A stretch of 64,000 nt of DNA from Octopus vulgaris (taxonomy: Eukaryota): the NCBI GenBank assembly GCA_951406725.2, contig OX597816.1, positions 32,302,001-32,366,000 on the forward strand, in the 5' to 3' direction. The notes under the pieces are model-generated. The model was not told where the DNA came from. It did no database searches and worked only from the letters and a program-made list of their open reading frames with translations. The translations under genes and the position numbers were made by a program. Each line of letters begins with the position of its first letter. Positions within the stretch are counted from its first letter, which is position 1. This document shows, piece after piece, positions 15,291 through 26,295 of the stretch.

Positions 15291-15485
15291 TGAGTCGCCA
15301 TGATAGATCGTTAGCCACTGCACATATTTTTTTCCTGTCCTTGTTTTTTCTGTGTCTCTTTCTGTAGAAGAGCGTAGGCTCGAAAGTAAAATACTTTTTC
15401 TATTCCTGAGTGTTATACTAATACATCTCTTTGTTTTGTACACCACCTGTCTTCGTCTTTTGTTGTTTTTTTCGTAAATTCTCAC
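15290..15485 (+). mobile_element. Short PLE-pLTR-like insertion in (TA)n with a variant hammerhead fold
   Basis: About 195 bp between two (TA)n tracts. 15358-15392 reads cttt-CTGTAGA-a-gagc(gtag)gctc-GAAA-g-TA-aaa. Confidence 0.55.
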
Positions 15486-15570
<85 letters not shown>

Positions 15571-15945
15571 TGATAGGTAGAGAAATAGATATAGATATGT
15601 ATGTGTGTGTTACTGTTTCTTTTCCATAGCACCGTTTGCAGTTTAGTAACAGGCATGACTTTTGAACGTTAATCATTTATTGTATGGTCATTCGTAAACA
15701 GAAACAAAGATTAATATCTAGCCTGTTGTTTTATACATTTTACAGAATCCACGACATAATTCCTGCAATATTAATTATTTGCTAACTTGAACCACATTAA
15801 AACTTCCAGGTTGAAGGGAATTTTAATTTTTACTTTTTTGGCGGCGGGGAAGCTTTTTTAAACATAAGTATGGGTCAAATTTGAATATGTGTTCGGTGCT
15901 GAAATTCTCAATCTCATAGCACTGGATAACTATATATAGGGTGAT

Positions 15946-15977
<32 letters not shown>

Positions 15978-16269
15978 AAGAGAGTGAGAGAGACAGACAG
16001 ACAAATAGACAGACTGACAGAGAGACAGAGACAGAGGTAACAGGACAATTCTGAGGGAGAAATATGAAAAAGTTATATTAGCCGTTTATTATCAAAACTG
16101 ATGTTGACAAAATAATTTTCCGAAATTGTAATGGACCAAGGCAGGAATGTTGCGGATGATCGTAAGGGTTCTCTTTGCGAGTTATATTATTCGTCGTATT
16201 AATGCTACGTATAATCCAATACATGTTAAATTGTATTGTTTAAATACATAGGCTCTCTATAAAACACTT

Positions 16270-16470
16270 GCATATAGCAGCAAAAGTTTGTATATTCACC
16301 AGTTTCCATCAACAATGATACAGTTCGTCGTCGGAAGAATATTTCGGGTCGGGGAAAAAAAGATTCAGCATGTGCTGAAGCAATGAGGGCATTCAAGATA
16401 TTTACATGATGCCTGGTTGATGAAACCGGTGGGGAAAATTTAGACATAAGTATAGTGAATGCTTCAAATC
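16270..16470 (+). mobile_element. Possible hAT transposase fragment
   Basis: Hand translation across a frameshift gives VSINNDTVRRR and LVDETGGENLDI, resembling the hAT motifs LSNDTVRRRI and xxDETTD. Confidence 0.4.
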
Positions 16471-16497
16471 CCAACATTTTGTGTGTATATATATATA

Positions 16498-16573
<76 letters not shown>

Positions 16574-17126
16574 TGTATATCTATCTATATATATATCTAT
16601 ATACATACACACACAAACAAATACACACATATAATCATGAAAAAAAGGACAATGCCTGTCTGTTTGTAAGTTGAAAACTGAAAGCAATAAATAAAACTGA
16701 TATTAGTACGGGTCTTCATTGTCACATAAATTAATTCGACCACTCTGCAGATAAATGCTTCTATATGTGTCTCTTTCTAACTACTTCTACCTGTTTTTCT
16801 CGAGATACTATTTCAGGGTTTTCGTGTCATATAAAATAAGTTCCCTTTCGATAGATAACTGTGATCTTATCTTCCGAAAACAGAATGGGGAGTAGCCAAC
16901 TGGTGCATTATTGGATTTAATTTCTAGTAATGCACTTAGTCTGTTCCACGTAATGCTATTGAATGACTGGAAAAACGGGTATCCCACCTATCACTCAATC
17001 CTTCTCCTACTTTCTCTATGTTTATACATTATATTTATTCCGTTTAGTTCGTCGCCGGTTTATGTTTTTGCTTTCTCTCTGTATACATGTCCCTCGTCAT
17101 GTCTCAGGCTCTCACTTTCTCTCTCT

Positions 17127-17199
<73 letters not shown>

Positions 17200-17200
<1 letters not shown>

Positions 17201-17725
17201 TCATGTCAGCTCACTTTCAAGTGCTACTTGTAACATTTAACCCACTACAACCTGGTTCATGGTCGGGTCGTCAAGCTTGGTGAGGAGAGTGTATATTGGA
17301 CACCCTGCTGGATGAAATACAAAATCCATCAAAGTGCAGAGGAACTCTTGAGAGTCAACGGCCATCCAATAAATGTGTTGAGGCTGTATCATGCCCGGGG
17401 CATAGAAATAATCGGACTGAATACCCGATCGCGCGGTTAAACCATTAGGAGTAAAGGACTCCTAGCCTTTGTTAGGGCATCCTTCTAGGAGAAGGTAGCT
17501 CAGGTAACTGGGATAACTCCGACATAATACCTGCGGCTCAGTGCTTACCAATGATGTTGACTTGTTCTTCTTTTCGGATTATGGCTGTTGTTGCTTAGTG
17601 AGTGGGATTGACTCTGTGCACAGCCTTTTCTCACTTTAAAAAACTCCTCTTGCACAGGCATTGCACGATAACAACATCGATTAAGCTCCGTGCAATGGCC
17701 ATACTCGATAATGAGGGGGCAGCCC

Positions 17726-17727
<2 letters not shown>
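17200..17727 (+). mobile_element. About 525-bp non-coding interspersed repeat, probably an RTE-derived non-autonomous element
   Basis: A second, inverted copy lies at 19728-20265. Contains gggcatccttctaggagaagg, which resembles RTE-clade 5' UTR sequence as I recall it. Flanked by microsatellites. Confidence 0.6.
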
Positions 17728-17771
<44 letters not shown>

Positions 17772-17901
17772 TATAATTAAGGGCTAAAGAGGGTTATTCT
17801 AAAGCCAAATACACTGTTTTATCCACTTATAATCCGCTTGTTACAGGAAAATTGAAACTGAAAACGGGCAACTAACCTTTAGAAAATTTAAATTTCGTTA
17901 T

Positions 17902-17965
17902 CTCTATATTGAATCAATTTCGGACTTAATCTTATAAAAAAAGATATATTCCTTCTTCAGTAGAA
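17902..17965 (-). ncRNA. Type I hammerhead ribozyme (copy 2 in transcript order)
   Basis: Minus strand: ttcta (stem I) CTGAAGA a gga-atat-atctt[loop]aagat-taag-tcc (stem II) GAAA ttg[att]caa (stem III) TA tagag (stem I'). Predicted cleavage after AUA, between 17907 and 17906. Confidence 0.8.
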
Positions 17966-18396
17966 CTTTCGATGGGATATAAATAAAATACTCACGTATG
18001 ATCATGGAAAAAGCACAAGCTAAAAACATAACTACACTTGAGTACATCACTTATATCTAAAAATAAAAATTCTTTGGTCAGCCTCAGAAAACAACGTCCA
18101 GACCTTTCGCCGCTACAAATTGTAATGGTTACCAGTCCTCCTGTAGCAAGCATCGAGTTTACTACTAAGCAATATAGGATGAAGTCCCTTACTCTACAGC
18201 AAAGGAATTCATCAGGAAGCGTGGGCAGTATATTTAAAAACACCGTTACGGTTGCAATATACATCATATAATTAAGGGCTAAAGAGGGTTATTCTAAAGC
18301 CAAATACACTGTTTTATCCACTTATAATCCGCTTGTTACAGGAAAATTGAAACTGAAAACGGGCAACTAACCTTTAGAAAATTTAAATTTCGTTAT

Positions 18397-18460
18397 CTCT
18401 ATATTGAATCAATTTCGGACTTAATCTTATAAAAAAAGATATATTCCTTCTTCAGTAGAA
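18397..18460 (-). ncRNA. Type I hammerhead ribozyme (copy 1 in transcript order)
   Basis: Identical to 17902-17965, shifted by 495 bp. Predicted cleavage between 18402 and 18401. Confidence 0.8.
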
Positions 18461-19223
18461 CTTTCGATGGGATATAAATAAAATACTCACGTATGATCAT
18501 GGAAAAAGTACAAGCTAAAAACATAACTATGTATATTATATCGGTCTGATATGTAACATGTTCAAATGTCTACTTATGCAATTGCCATTCCGTTTCTCCC
18601 AATCTCAGCTTCCTATATTTCTACAGCCATTATCCCAAAACTTTAAGAAACCCAACCCAACTACCATTCAAATACTATCTACCTTACGCACCAATTCATC
18701 TCCCAACTCTCCACCTTTGCTACCGCCTCCCTTCCTACCCTCATTATTAACCACTCACTCTTCCTGAACTATTTTTCTCATCTCCCCATACTTAATACAT
18801 TTCATAACAACATCGACGAACTACACGACCACCCACACCACATTTCATCTACTCAGCATTAAGATCTGTAATGTAAGATCTTCTCTACCCTGATAGCGGG
18901 AGTTCGTCTTATCCACTATTAATCAGCTGTTGGACTTATTACTATATCTTTATACTGTACTTAAAAATCCATCATCTGTAAATTTCCACCGTTTGCTATA
19001 ACTCGTTTTGCATGTATACATTTTGTATTGCATAGCCAAAATATAGTTGCAAGCATATTTAATTTGTTTAATGTATCTAATTCGTTTATCTGCATAACTG
19101 CCTCTATGTGAGATAAACGTCCCATAACCTTTCTTTACCTCGCGGAAACGATTCTCTCTAAAGATATCGGAGTCTAATTTTAAACCACCTTGAACTCATC
19201 TGTTGAATATACAGACACACGCA

Positions 19224-19308
<85 letters not shown>

Positions 19309-19319
19309 ACACATATATA

Positions 19320-19668
19320 TTTCGTTGTTGGATTTGGTTTGCAAGACTCTTATGTGAGTTCGTGTTTTGAAGCATATTCTGTTCTGTCTGGGGAGAGTCA
19401 TTTTCTTTTAGTGTCATATAATTTAACATGCCATATAAATTATGACACGCAACGGTAAAATTTCCACTTATTTATTTTTTTATATTTCTAAAATGTCCGT
19501 TGCTTCTTGCAACCTTTTCAATAGTTTTCACTCGAAATTATCGAAAAGGTTGCAAAGCAGGAAATAAAATTTTAGAAAAATAAAAAAGAAATAACTGGAA
19601 ATTTTACCTGTTTGTTAAATTATAAGGCACTAAAAGAGAATGACTCTCTCCAAATACAACAGAATATA
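19320..19668 (-). mobile_element. Fold-back mini-element, family F2 (PLE-like inverted structure)
   Basis: Imperfect inverted arms at about 19375-19665 centred near 19530 (gagagtcatttt / agaatgactctc; ttgcaaccttttc / gaaaaggttgcaa), plus a one-sided tail. Lies between (CA)n and TA-rich tracts. Confidence 0.6.
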
Positions 19669-19727
19669 TATATGTCTATATATATGAATATATATATGTA
19701 TTGATGCATGTATATATATTTATATGT

Positions 19728-20265
19728 GTTGGCTGCCCTCTCGTTATCGAGTAAGCATAATCAATGTAGTTGTGCAATGCCTGTGCAAGAAGATTTTTTT
19801 AAATACGGAAAGGCTGTGCAATGAGTCAATCCCACTCACTAAGCAAGAGCAGCCATAAACTGAAAAGAAGAACAAGTCAACATCATCGGTAAACACTGAG
19901 CAGCAGGTTTTATGTCGGAGTTATCCCAGTTAGCTGAGCTACCTTCTCCTGGAAGGATGTCCTAAGAAAGGCTAAGATTCCTTCACTCCCAATGGTTCAA
20001 CCGCCCTATAGGGTATTCAGTCCGATTATTTTTATGTCCCCGCGCATGATACAGCCTTAAGACATTTAATGGATGGTTGTTGACTCTCAAGCGTTCCTCC
20101 ACCTTTTGACGGGTTTCGTTTGTCATCCCGCAGGGTGTCCAATAAACACCCTCCGTACCAAGCAAGCTTGGTGGGGTTGCCGGTTTAGTTGCCGACGACC
20201 CGATCATGCAACAGGTTGTACAGGGTTACATATTACCGGTAGCACTCGAAAGTGATCTGACATAA
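19728..20265 (-). mobile_element. Second copy of the 525-bp RTE-derived repeat
   Basis: Reverse-complement match to 17200-17727 throughout (e.g. gttgacttgttcttctttt, ggactgaataccc, cttagtgagtgggattgactc). Confidence 0.65.
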
Positions 20266-20273
20266 ATATATAT

Positions 20274-20350
<77 letters not shown>

Positions 20351-20354
<4 letters not shown>

Positions 20355-20559
20355 ATCCAAACAAGAAAACACAAACAAAAACACAACAACGCGAGGACGT
20401 GGAACAAATAAAGTATAATTGGACGCTCAGGAAAGAAGGGAAGAAGGAGGGTCTAACGTTTCGAGCGGAGATCTTCGTCGGAAACATAGGAGAAGAAGAA
20501 AAGATACCTAGAAGGGAGGACAAAGAAAAAAATCGCCAGCGGTACTCACGAGGTCACAT

Positions 20560-20563
<4 letters not shown>
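20351..20563 (-). mobile_element. Short PLE-pLTR-like insertion in (TA)n with a variant minimal hammerhead
   Basis: Minus strand 20485-20451 reads gttt-CCGACGA-a-gatc(tcc)gctc-GAAA-cg-TT-agac. Flanked on both sides by (TA)n. Confidence 0.55.
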
Positions 20564-20611
<48 letters not shown>

Positions 20612-20615
<4 letters not shown>

Positions 20616-21460
20616 AAATCAATGCAATACCCAATAAATACACTGGACCTGGAGGGATTGCAATCCCAGTGCCACAGTCAGTGCGAGACCTGGGTATTTA
20701 CATGAGTGATGATGGTACCTTTCATGTGCATGTTGCTAAATTGGCAATGGAGTGTAGGCGGCTGACCGGATGGATTCTTAGAACGTTTAGAACAAGAGAC
20801 CAGGAAACCATGATGGTCCTCTGGAGGACACTTGTCCTAAGCCACTTTGACTATTGTTTTCAGCTATGGTCACCGTCCAGTATCAAGTTAATCACAGAGC
20901 TTGGGGCGATCCAACGAATCTATACGAAGAAGACAGCCTCTGTGCAGCATATAAGCTACTGGGAAAGACTCAAGAGATTAAGACTCTATTCCTTAGAGCG
21001 TAGGCGAGAAAGATATGCCATAATATACATCTGGAAGATCCTAGAAGGTCTTGTCCCAAACTTTGGCATTGAGAGTTACGCAAATGCTAGAAGTGGGCGC
21101 CACTGCATGGTGCCAAGGACTCAAAATTTGCCATCAAGATGTAGGATAAGATACTGTGATAACCTGGGCTTCAGAGGCCCACAGCTCTTCAATATCCACC
21201 CGAAGAACTTGAGAGACCTGCATGGGGTGGATGCAGATGTCTTTAAAATAAAACTGGATCTCTTCCTGTCAGGTGTCCCAGATGAACCAACTTCACGGGA
21301 GGAGGTGCAGATGAGGGCAGCTGAATCGAACTCTCTCATGCACCAAATGGCAGTTGCTAAGAAGCATTTGTGAAGTGAAATCATATAGCAACACCAAATG
21401 GCGGTGCCCCAGCATGACCACAGCTCGTGAGCTGAAACTAGATAAAAAAAATAAAATTAA
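20612..21460 (+). mobile_element. 5'-truncated CR1/L2-group LINE: RT C-terminal region plus 3' UTR
   Basis: Uninterrupted frame to the stop at 21373 containing VRDLGIYM, GWILRTFRTRD, LVLSHFDYCFQLWSP, AIQR, SYWERLKRLRLYSLERRRER and IWKILEGL, typical of CR1-group RT thumb/C-terminus. Short 3' UTR with a hairpin and A-rich tail; (TA)n on both sides. Confidence 0.88.
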
Positions 21461-21463
21461 AAA

Positions 21464-21509
<46 letters not shown>

Positions 21510-21594
21510 ACATGTATATGTAAATTTGCATATATCTCGGCCTGATAAGGAGGACACAACTACTCTGAAATGTCAACGTCTATCAAAAGAAACA

Positions 21595-21654
21595 TAGATA
21601 GACAGTCAGACAGACATACAGACAGATGGACAGATAGATAGATAGCTAGCTAGC

Positions 21655-21732
<78 letters not shown>

Positions 21733-21745
21733 CAGATAGATAGAT
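21595..21745. repeat. (GACA)n/(GATA)n microsatellite
   Basis: Direct reading. Confidence 0.95.
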
Positions 21746-22060
21746 GCAACTGTATTACTACTTTAATATGTTGAAAAGTTTATTGGTGATATAATTTTCA
21801 TGTCACGTAAGAGTGTAGTTAGAGGAGTCTAATATTTCCTTTGGCTGAGTGGTAGTAGAAACACGTGAGAAAACCTAGAAGATAGTAAGATGATCTCGTT
21901 TAAAATACAACGAGAGGCAGAAACGATTTTCTATGGTACGAGAAAATATTAAACATAGCACTTGTACTAGCTCATATTTTTTTTTACTTTAAGAAGCGCA
22001 GATGCATATCTGGAGTTCTCAGCAACTATCGTCTCCGATCTTAATTATGTATATATATAT

Positions 22061-22462
22061 ACTCTTTACTCTTTACTTGTTTCAGTCATTTGACTGCGGC
22101 CATGCTGGAGCACCGCCTGTAGTCGAGCAAATCGACCCCGGGACTTATTCTTTGTAAGCCCAATACTTATTCTATCGGTCTCTTTTGCCGAGACGTAAGT
22201 GACGGAGACGTAAACACACCAGCATCAATTGTCAAGCAATGCTAGGGGGACAAACACGGACAAACATACATGCACACACATATATATATATATACATATA
22301 TACGACAGGCTTCTTTCAGTTTCCGTCTACCAAATCCTTTCACAAGGCATTGGTCGGCCCGGGGCTATAGCAGAAGACACTTGCCCAAGATGCCACGCAG
22401 TGGGACTGAACCCGGAACCATGTGGCTGGTTAGCAAGCTGCTTACCACGCAGCCACTCCTGC

Positions 22463-22463
<1 letters not shown>
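22061..22463 (-). mobile_element. SINE family A, essentially full length
   Basis: tRNA head with A/B boxes, internal TA/TG tract, and 3' tail ggcggtgctccagcatggccgcagtcaaatgactgaaacaagtaaagagtaaagagt. Confidence 0.9.
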
Positions 22464-22512
<49 letters not shown>

Positions 22513-22821
22513 GTGTGTGTGTGTTTGTGTGTGTGTTTCATTTTGTGCGTGATTTTTTCTGTAAAATTAGCTCATGCAATCTATTCATAAGGTAACGTTG
22601 TCCATAAATTGTCTACTGCATAATTAATTTATGATTATATCATATCTAATATTCTAAGAGCACATAATGTACATTATTTTTGTTTAATAATAGAGGCAAT
22701 ATAAAGACTCATTTAATTTATGCAAGCTACAATCATATTAGGATGATTAAGTTCAAGTTCATATAATTACATGGTGGCGAGTGTCTACAGGGTATATTTA
22801 TGGAGAGGCCCCTTGTAAAAC

Positions 22822-22905
22822 CACCTGACGACATACACATACACCAGAACCAATCGTTCAGAATCCAAGATGCATCAATGCAACTGGGTCGAAACGATCG
22901 TTGTG
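22822..22905 (+). ncRNA. Degenerate hammerhead-like motif (PLE pLTR relic)
   Basis: cac-CTGACGA ... ccag ... ctgggtc-GAAA-cgatcg-TT-gtg. Stem III region is palindromic (AACGATCGTT) but stem II is disrupted. Confidence 0.4.
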
Positions 22906-24188
22906 AACAAAAAGTTTCTTATACTTTCCATATTCCATCTCTATCATTTCTTTTATAAAATATATGTGTGTGTGTGTCTGCGTGTATGTGTGCTTACATT
23001 AAACTGAAACATTACGCAATACCTGTTTTGTAGAGGTGTTATTTAAATTTCTTCAACAAGTAAACTATTGACTGTGAGTTCGAACTGTTACCTATATCGG
23101 ATAGCCCGATGATCACGTAACAAGCTGAGTAGTTTAATTGGGGAACATTGCATCACGCTTTGCTCTCATATGCATTTAACTGTCTCTTGCATACCGTAAA
23201 ATTATTCATATATGCATACTTCATTCAGAAATATATATAATTCAGAAATGATAATTTGTAAGTAAAGAAAGATATACAAATAATAAACGAAGGTTCTGGA
23301 TATGCAAGGGAGAATAGAAGGGAGACAACAAAACAATTCTACAATTTCTAGTGAATTGAATGAATGTTAACCAGACATAAAATAATAGAATATTGATAAG
23401 CGTTAAAACAAAACACAGTTTTAACATTGCTGTGAGAAGTTTATTTTTATTATTTCTTTTCTAAATACCACTAGAGAAATATTGCATTGCATTATTTTGT
23501 TTTCTGAGACGTAATCATTATGGCTTCATTAAAAAAATGTCACGCCTTCGGTTTCCTTGTAGCCATTTCATTGATGATAACCTTTATTGTTTAGTTGCCA
23601 TCGTTCGTCCTTTTAAATCATAATATTGATTTGTTTTGGCATTTGTTGCAATGCCACTACTAGTTCCATCTTCAGAAACCATATTAAGCTACTTCTAAAA
23701 ACCTTATTTGTTAGAAGTATAATAAATTAACAACGTTTGACATTATGTTTAAAATTAGATTTTAATTAAAAAAATTCTTCATAATAAATGCTAAATTTTC
23801 TAACGAAATAACTCTAAAAAGCCGATGAAGCGAACAGAACATTTCTAAAATATTATACCGTAGCGCTTATTTATATTTCATTGTATTAATTTTACGTTGT
23901 TTTCCTGTTCAGAAAATAATTGTTTCAATTTTTTCTTTTCTTTTATTTTATCTTCTTTTGCCTTTCTTTTATTTCATTTTTTCTTCAGAGTTACTTTCAT
24001 ATTGCTTTCCTCTCTCTTGATTAAATTAATTTTTGGTTTCTTGTTTTATCGGGTTTCATGAACACAAAGAACATTGCAATATTAAAATATATTACGTTTT
24101 AGTATCACTTGTTGTTGCTGTTGTTGTTATCGGATTTCTTTTTTCTTATACTTTATTCAGGTTTTTCTCAGTGTCGTTATTAATTCGG

Positions 24189-24259
<71 letters not shown>

Positions 24260-24260
24260 T

Positions 24261-24295
<35 letters not shown>

Positions 24296-26124
24296 TCTAT
24301 TACTATGTTTATCAGCAATATCTTTGATTTTAAGTAGTTTTTTTTTTGTGTATCGTCGATAGAATCAACCCCAGAATATTACTTGTATATTTCCACGTAT
24401 TCTTGAAGGATTTTCATATACATATCGCATGAGAAATTTTCGACTCGAAGCATAATATAACATATCATTAATTACGAGAAGTGTTAACTCCGGCACAGTT
24501 TCTTCAGCTCAATTGCGTTTCATTCAATAATAGTAATAACGAAAATGATTTCGTACATAAAATCATGTTCACAAACATGGAATGGAGCGGAGGGTTGCAT
24601 TCTATCGAGCCCTTCACTTGAAAAGTGCTTTAGATTATCACAAATTTTAAGACAACATTGCGGAGCATCAGAGAATTACATAAAATAAGGGCGCCAAAAG
24701 AAATAATATAATAACGATTAATTCAGAAATGTAACTATTTGTAGTACTATTTGCTCAGAAATAAATATATTAATTTTCATTGATCACAAAGCATTCCAAA
24801 TGAAATTGGAAAAATAGATATTCGACCAACGTCGAAATGTCGGTTAAGTTTTATCATAATCAAAAATGGAGAAATATATATTCTCTTTGTCGATGAATAT
24901 ATTTAATTAGTTACAATTCATATTACATATGAAAGGGCTTTGGTTTTTGAGAAAAATAAGCAGAAAATGCTGAATTGGTTTATGCAGTAAGGAAATAAGT
25001 AGAAATTTTTACTTTATTTATCTATGAATTAGATACACCTTGGTGTTTATTACATACATTCAAACATATGTGCGTATATATGTATGGGTGTATATGTGTA
25101 TCTATATCTAAGAGAGAGAGAAGTACATACATACGCACATACGTACATAGTTTTTCACCGAGCAATGAACGGTCTATCAGTGCCTTTTTGGCAATGCAAA
25201 TACTTCATGGTTAGGACAATGTTTTTTTTAAATTCCTTCTGAATGACCTTTTGTTGTACTCAGTATTTACAATCATAACTTTATATTTGGTTGAAAAACG
25301 AAAACGAATTTTTGAATTTCTGACGAGAGAAAGTATTTGCATGTGATGGACCTGTCTACCTTACCTATCATCAATGAATGCCATAAATTGCGCGGAAATA
25401 GAAATAGATTGCATATTGAATAGGATTAGTTTAATGAATAGAATGACACAACAAGGTCAAGGATTTTGTCCATACACTTCTACGCTGGTTGTACACGCTT
25501 CCCTTTTACTGAGGATTGCTTAGCTTACCAACTGATAGAGCAAATTACCAGAGAGGTACACTTAACTCAAGCTGGATGTTTATGTAACATGTAAGCATGA
25601 AAGCAGTAACACCATTGACCGAAGTATCTGTCCTACTTGAACTCGCGATATTTACGTTACATCTCACACAATTGTTACTCTTTTGTTACCAGAAAAAGTT
25701 AAGTATCTACAAAATACCTGATCAATATTTAAGATAAGGCTTCAAACAGACGTCCTTATTGTGAAAGAAAATGAAGAATGTCCCCTGGTATTCTGGATAT
25801 AAAGCACATGTATTACTTTCGAACATTTTCTCTAAGATCAATCCATCCTATAAGACATTATCCTCACTCTAAAATTATCAACAACGCTACACGTAGGAAG
25901 TATTATTCTAGAGGCCACAACAAAAAAGAAAAAGAAAACATGAGCGACAATGCATTTCCTCATTTAAAACAAGGAAACATATGTTTCGAACATTAACGAC
26001 ACAAACAACCACGAAAGTATCAAATACTCCCTGAATTTAGAGTACTATGAAACCTGCTGCATTATCTAAAAGTTTTACTCTAATCTCACATTGAATACCT
26101 TTATAATTATATACTAGCTTAATT

Positions 26125-26295
26125 CGACGAGCTGGGAGAACCGGCCACAGTCCGGACGAAATGCTTACTGGTATTTCTTTTGCCACTACGTTCTGAGTTC
26201 AAATTGCGCCAAGGATGACTTTACCATTCATCCTTTCAGGGTCGATGTAACCGACGTAATCCGCTGCCCCTGTGGGAAATATTTGAAATCATTAT
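26125..26295 (+). mobile_element. SINE family B monomer (diverged)
   Basis: cgagctgg...gaaatgctta...gttctgagttcaaatt...ttcatcctttcagggtcgat matches the units at 4610-5227. Confidence 0.75.

Larger units (their letters stand above)
17768..18529 (-). mobile_element. Retrozyme-like element: 1.5 tandem units of 495 bp with two hammerhead ribozymes
   Basis: 17768-18034 equals 18263-18529 (267 bp, one C/T difference seen), with a 228-bp spacer. Each repeat contains a full type I hammerhead on the minus strand. No RT coding capacity. Confidence 0.75.

Noticed and set aside
18100-18220. Third hammerhead in the spacer (minus CTGATGA at 18215-18209 with GAAA at 18108-18105)
   Set aside because: No pairing at the base of stem II, and stem I needs bulges; the CTGATGA sits in an ordinary hairpin.
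17768-18529. TRIM/LTR retrotransposon interpretation
   Set aside because: The repeats lack TG...CA termini, and I saw no PBS, PPT or clear TSD; a partial tandem with hammerheads fits better.
20399-21373. 324-aa ORF as a gene
   Set aside because: Chimeric read-through: antisense PLE-like fragment, then (TA)n, then the LINE 3' portion. Only 20612 onward is real coding sequence and it lacks the RT catalytic core.
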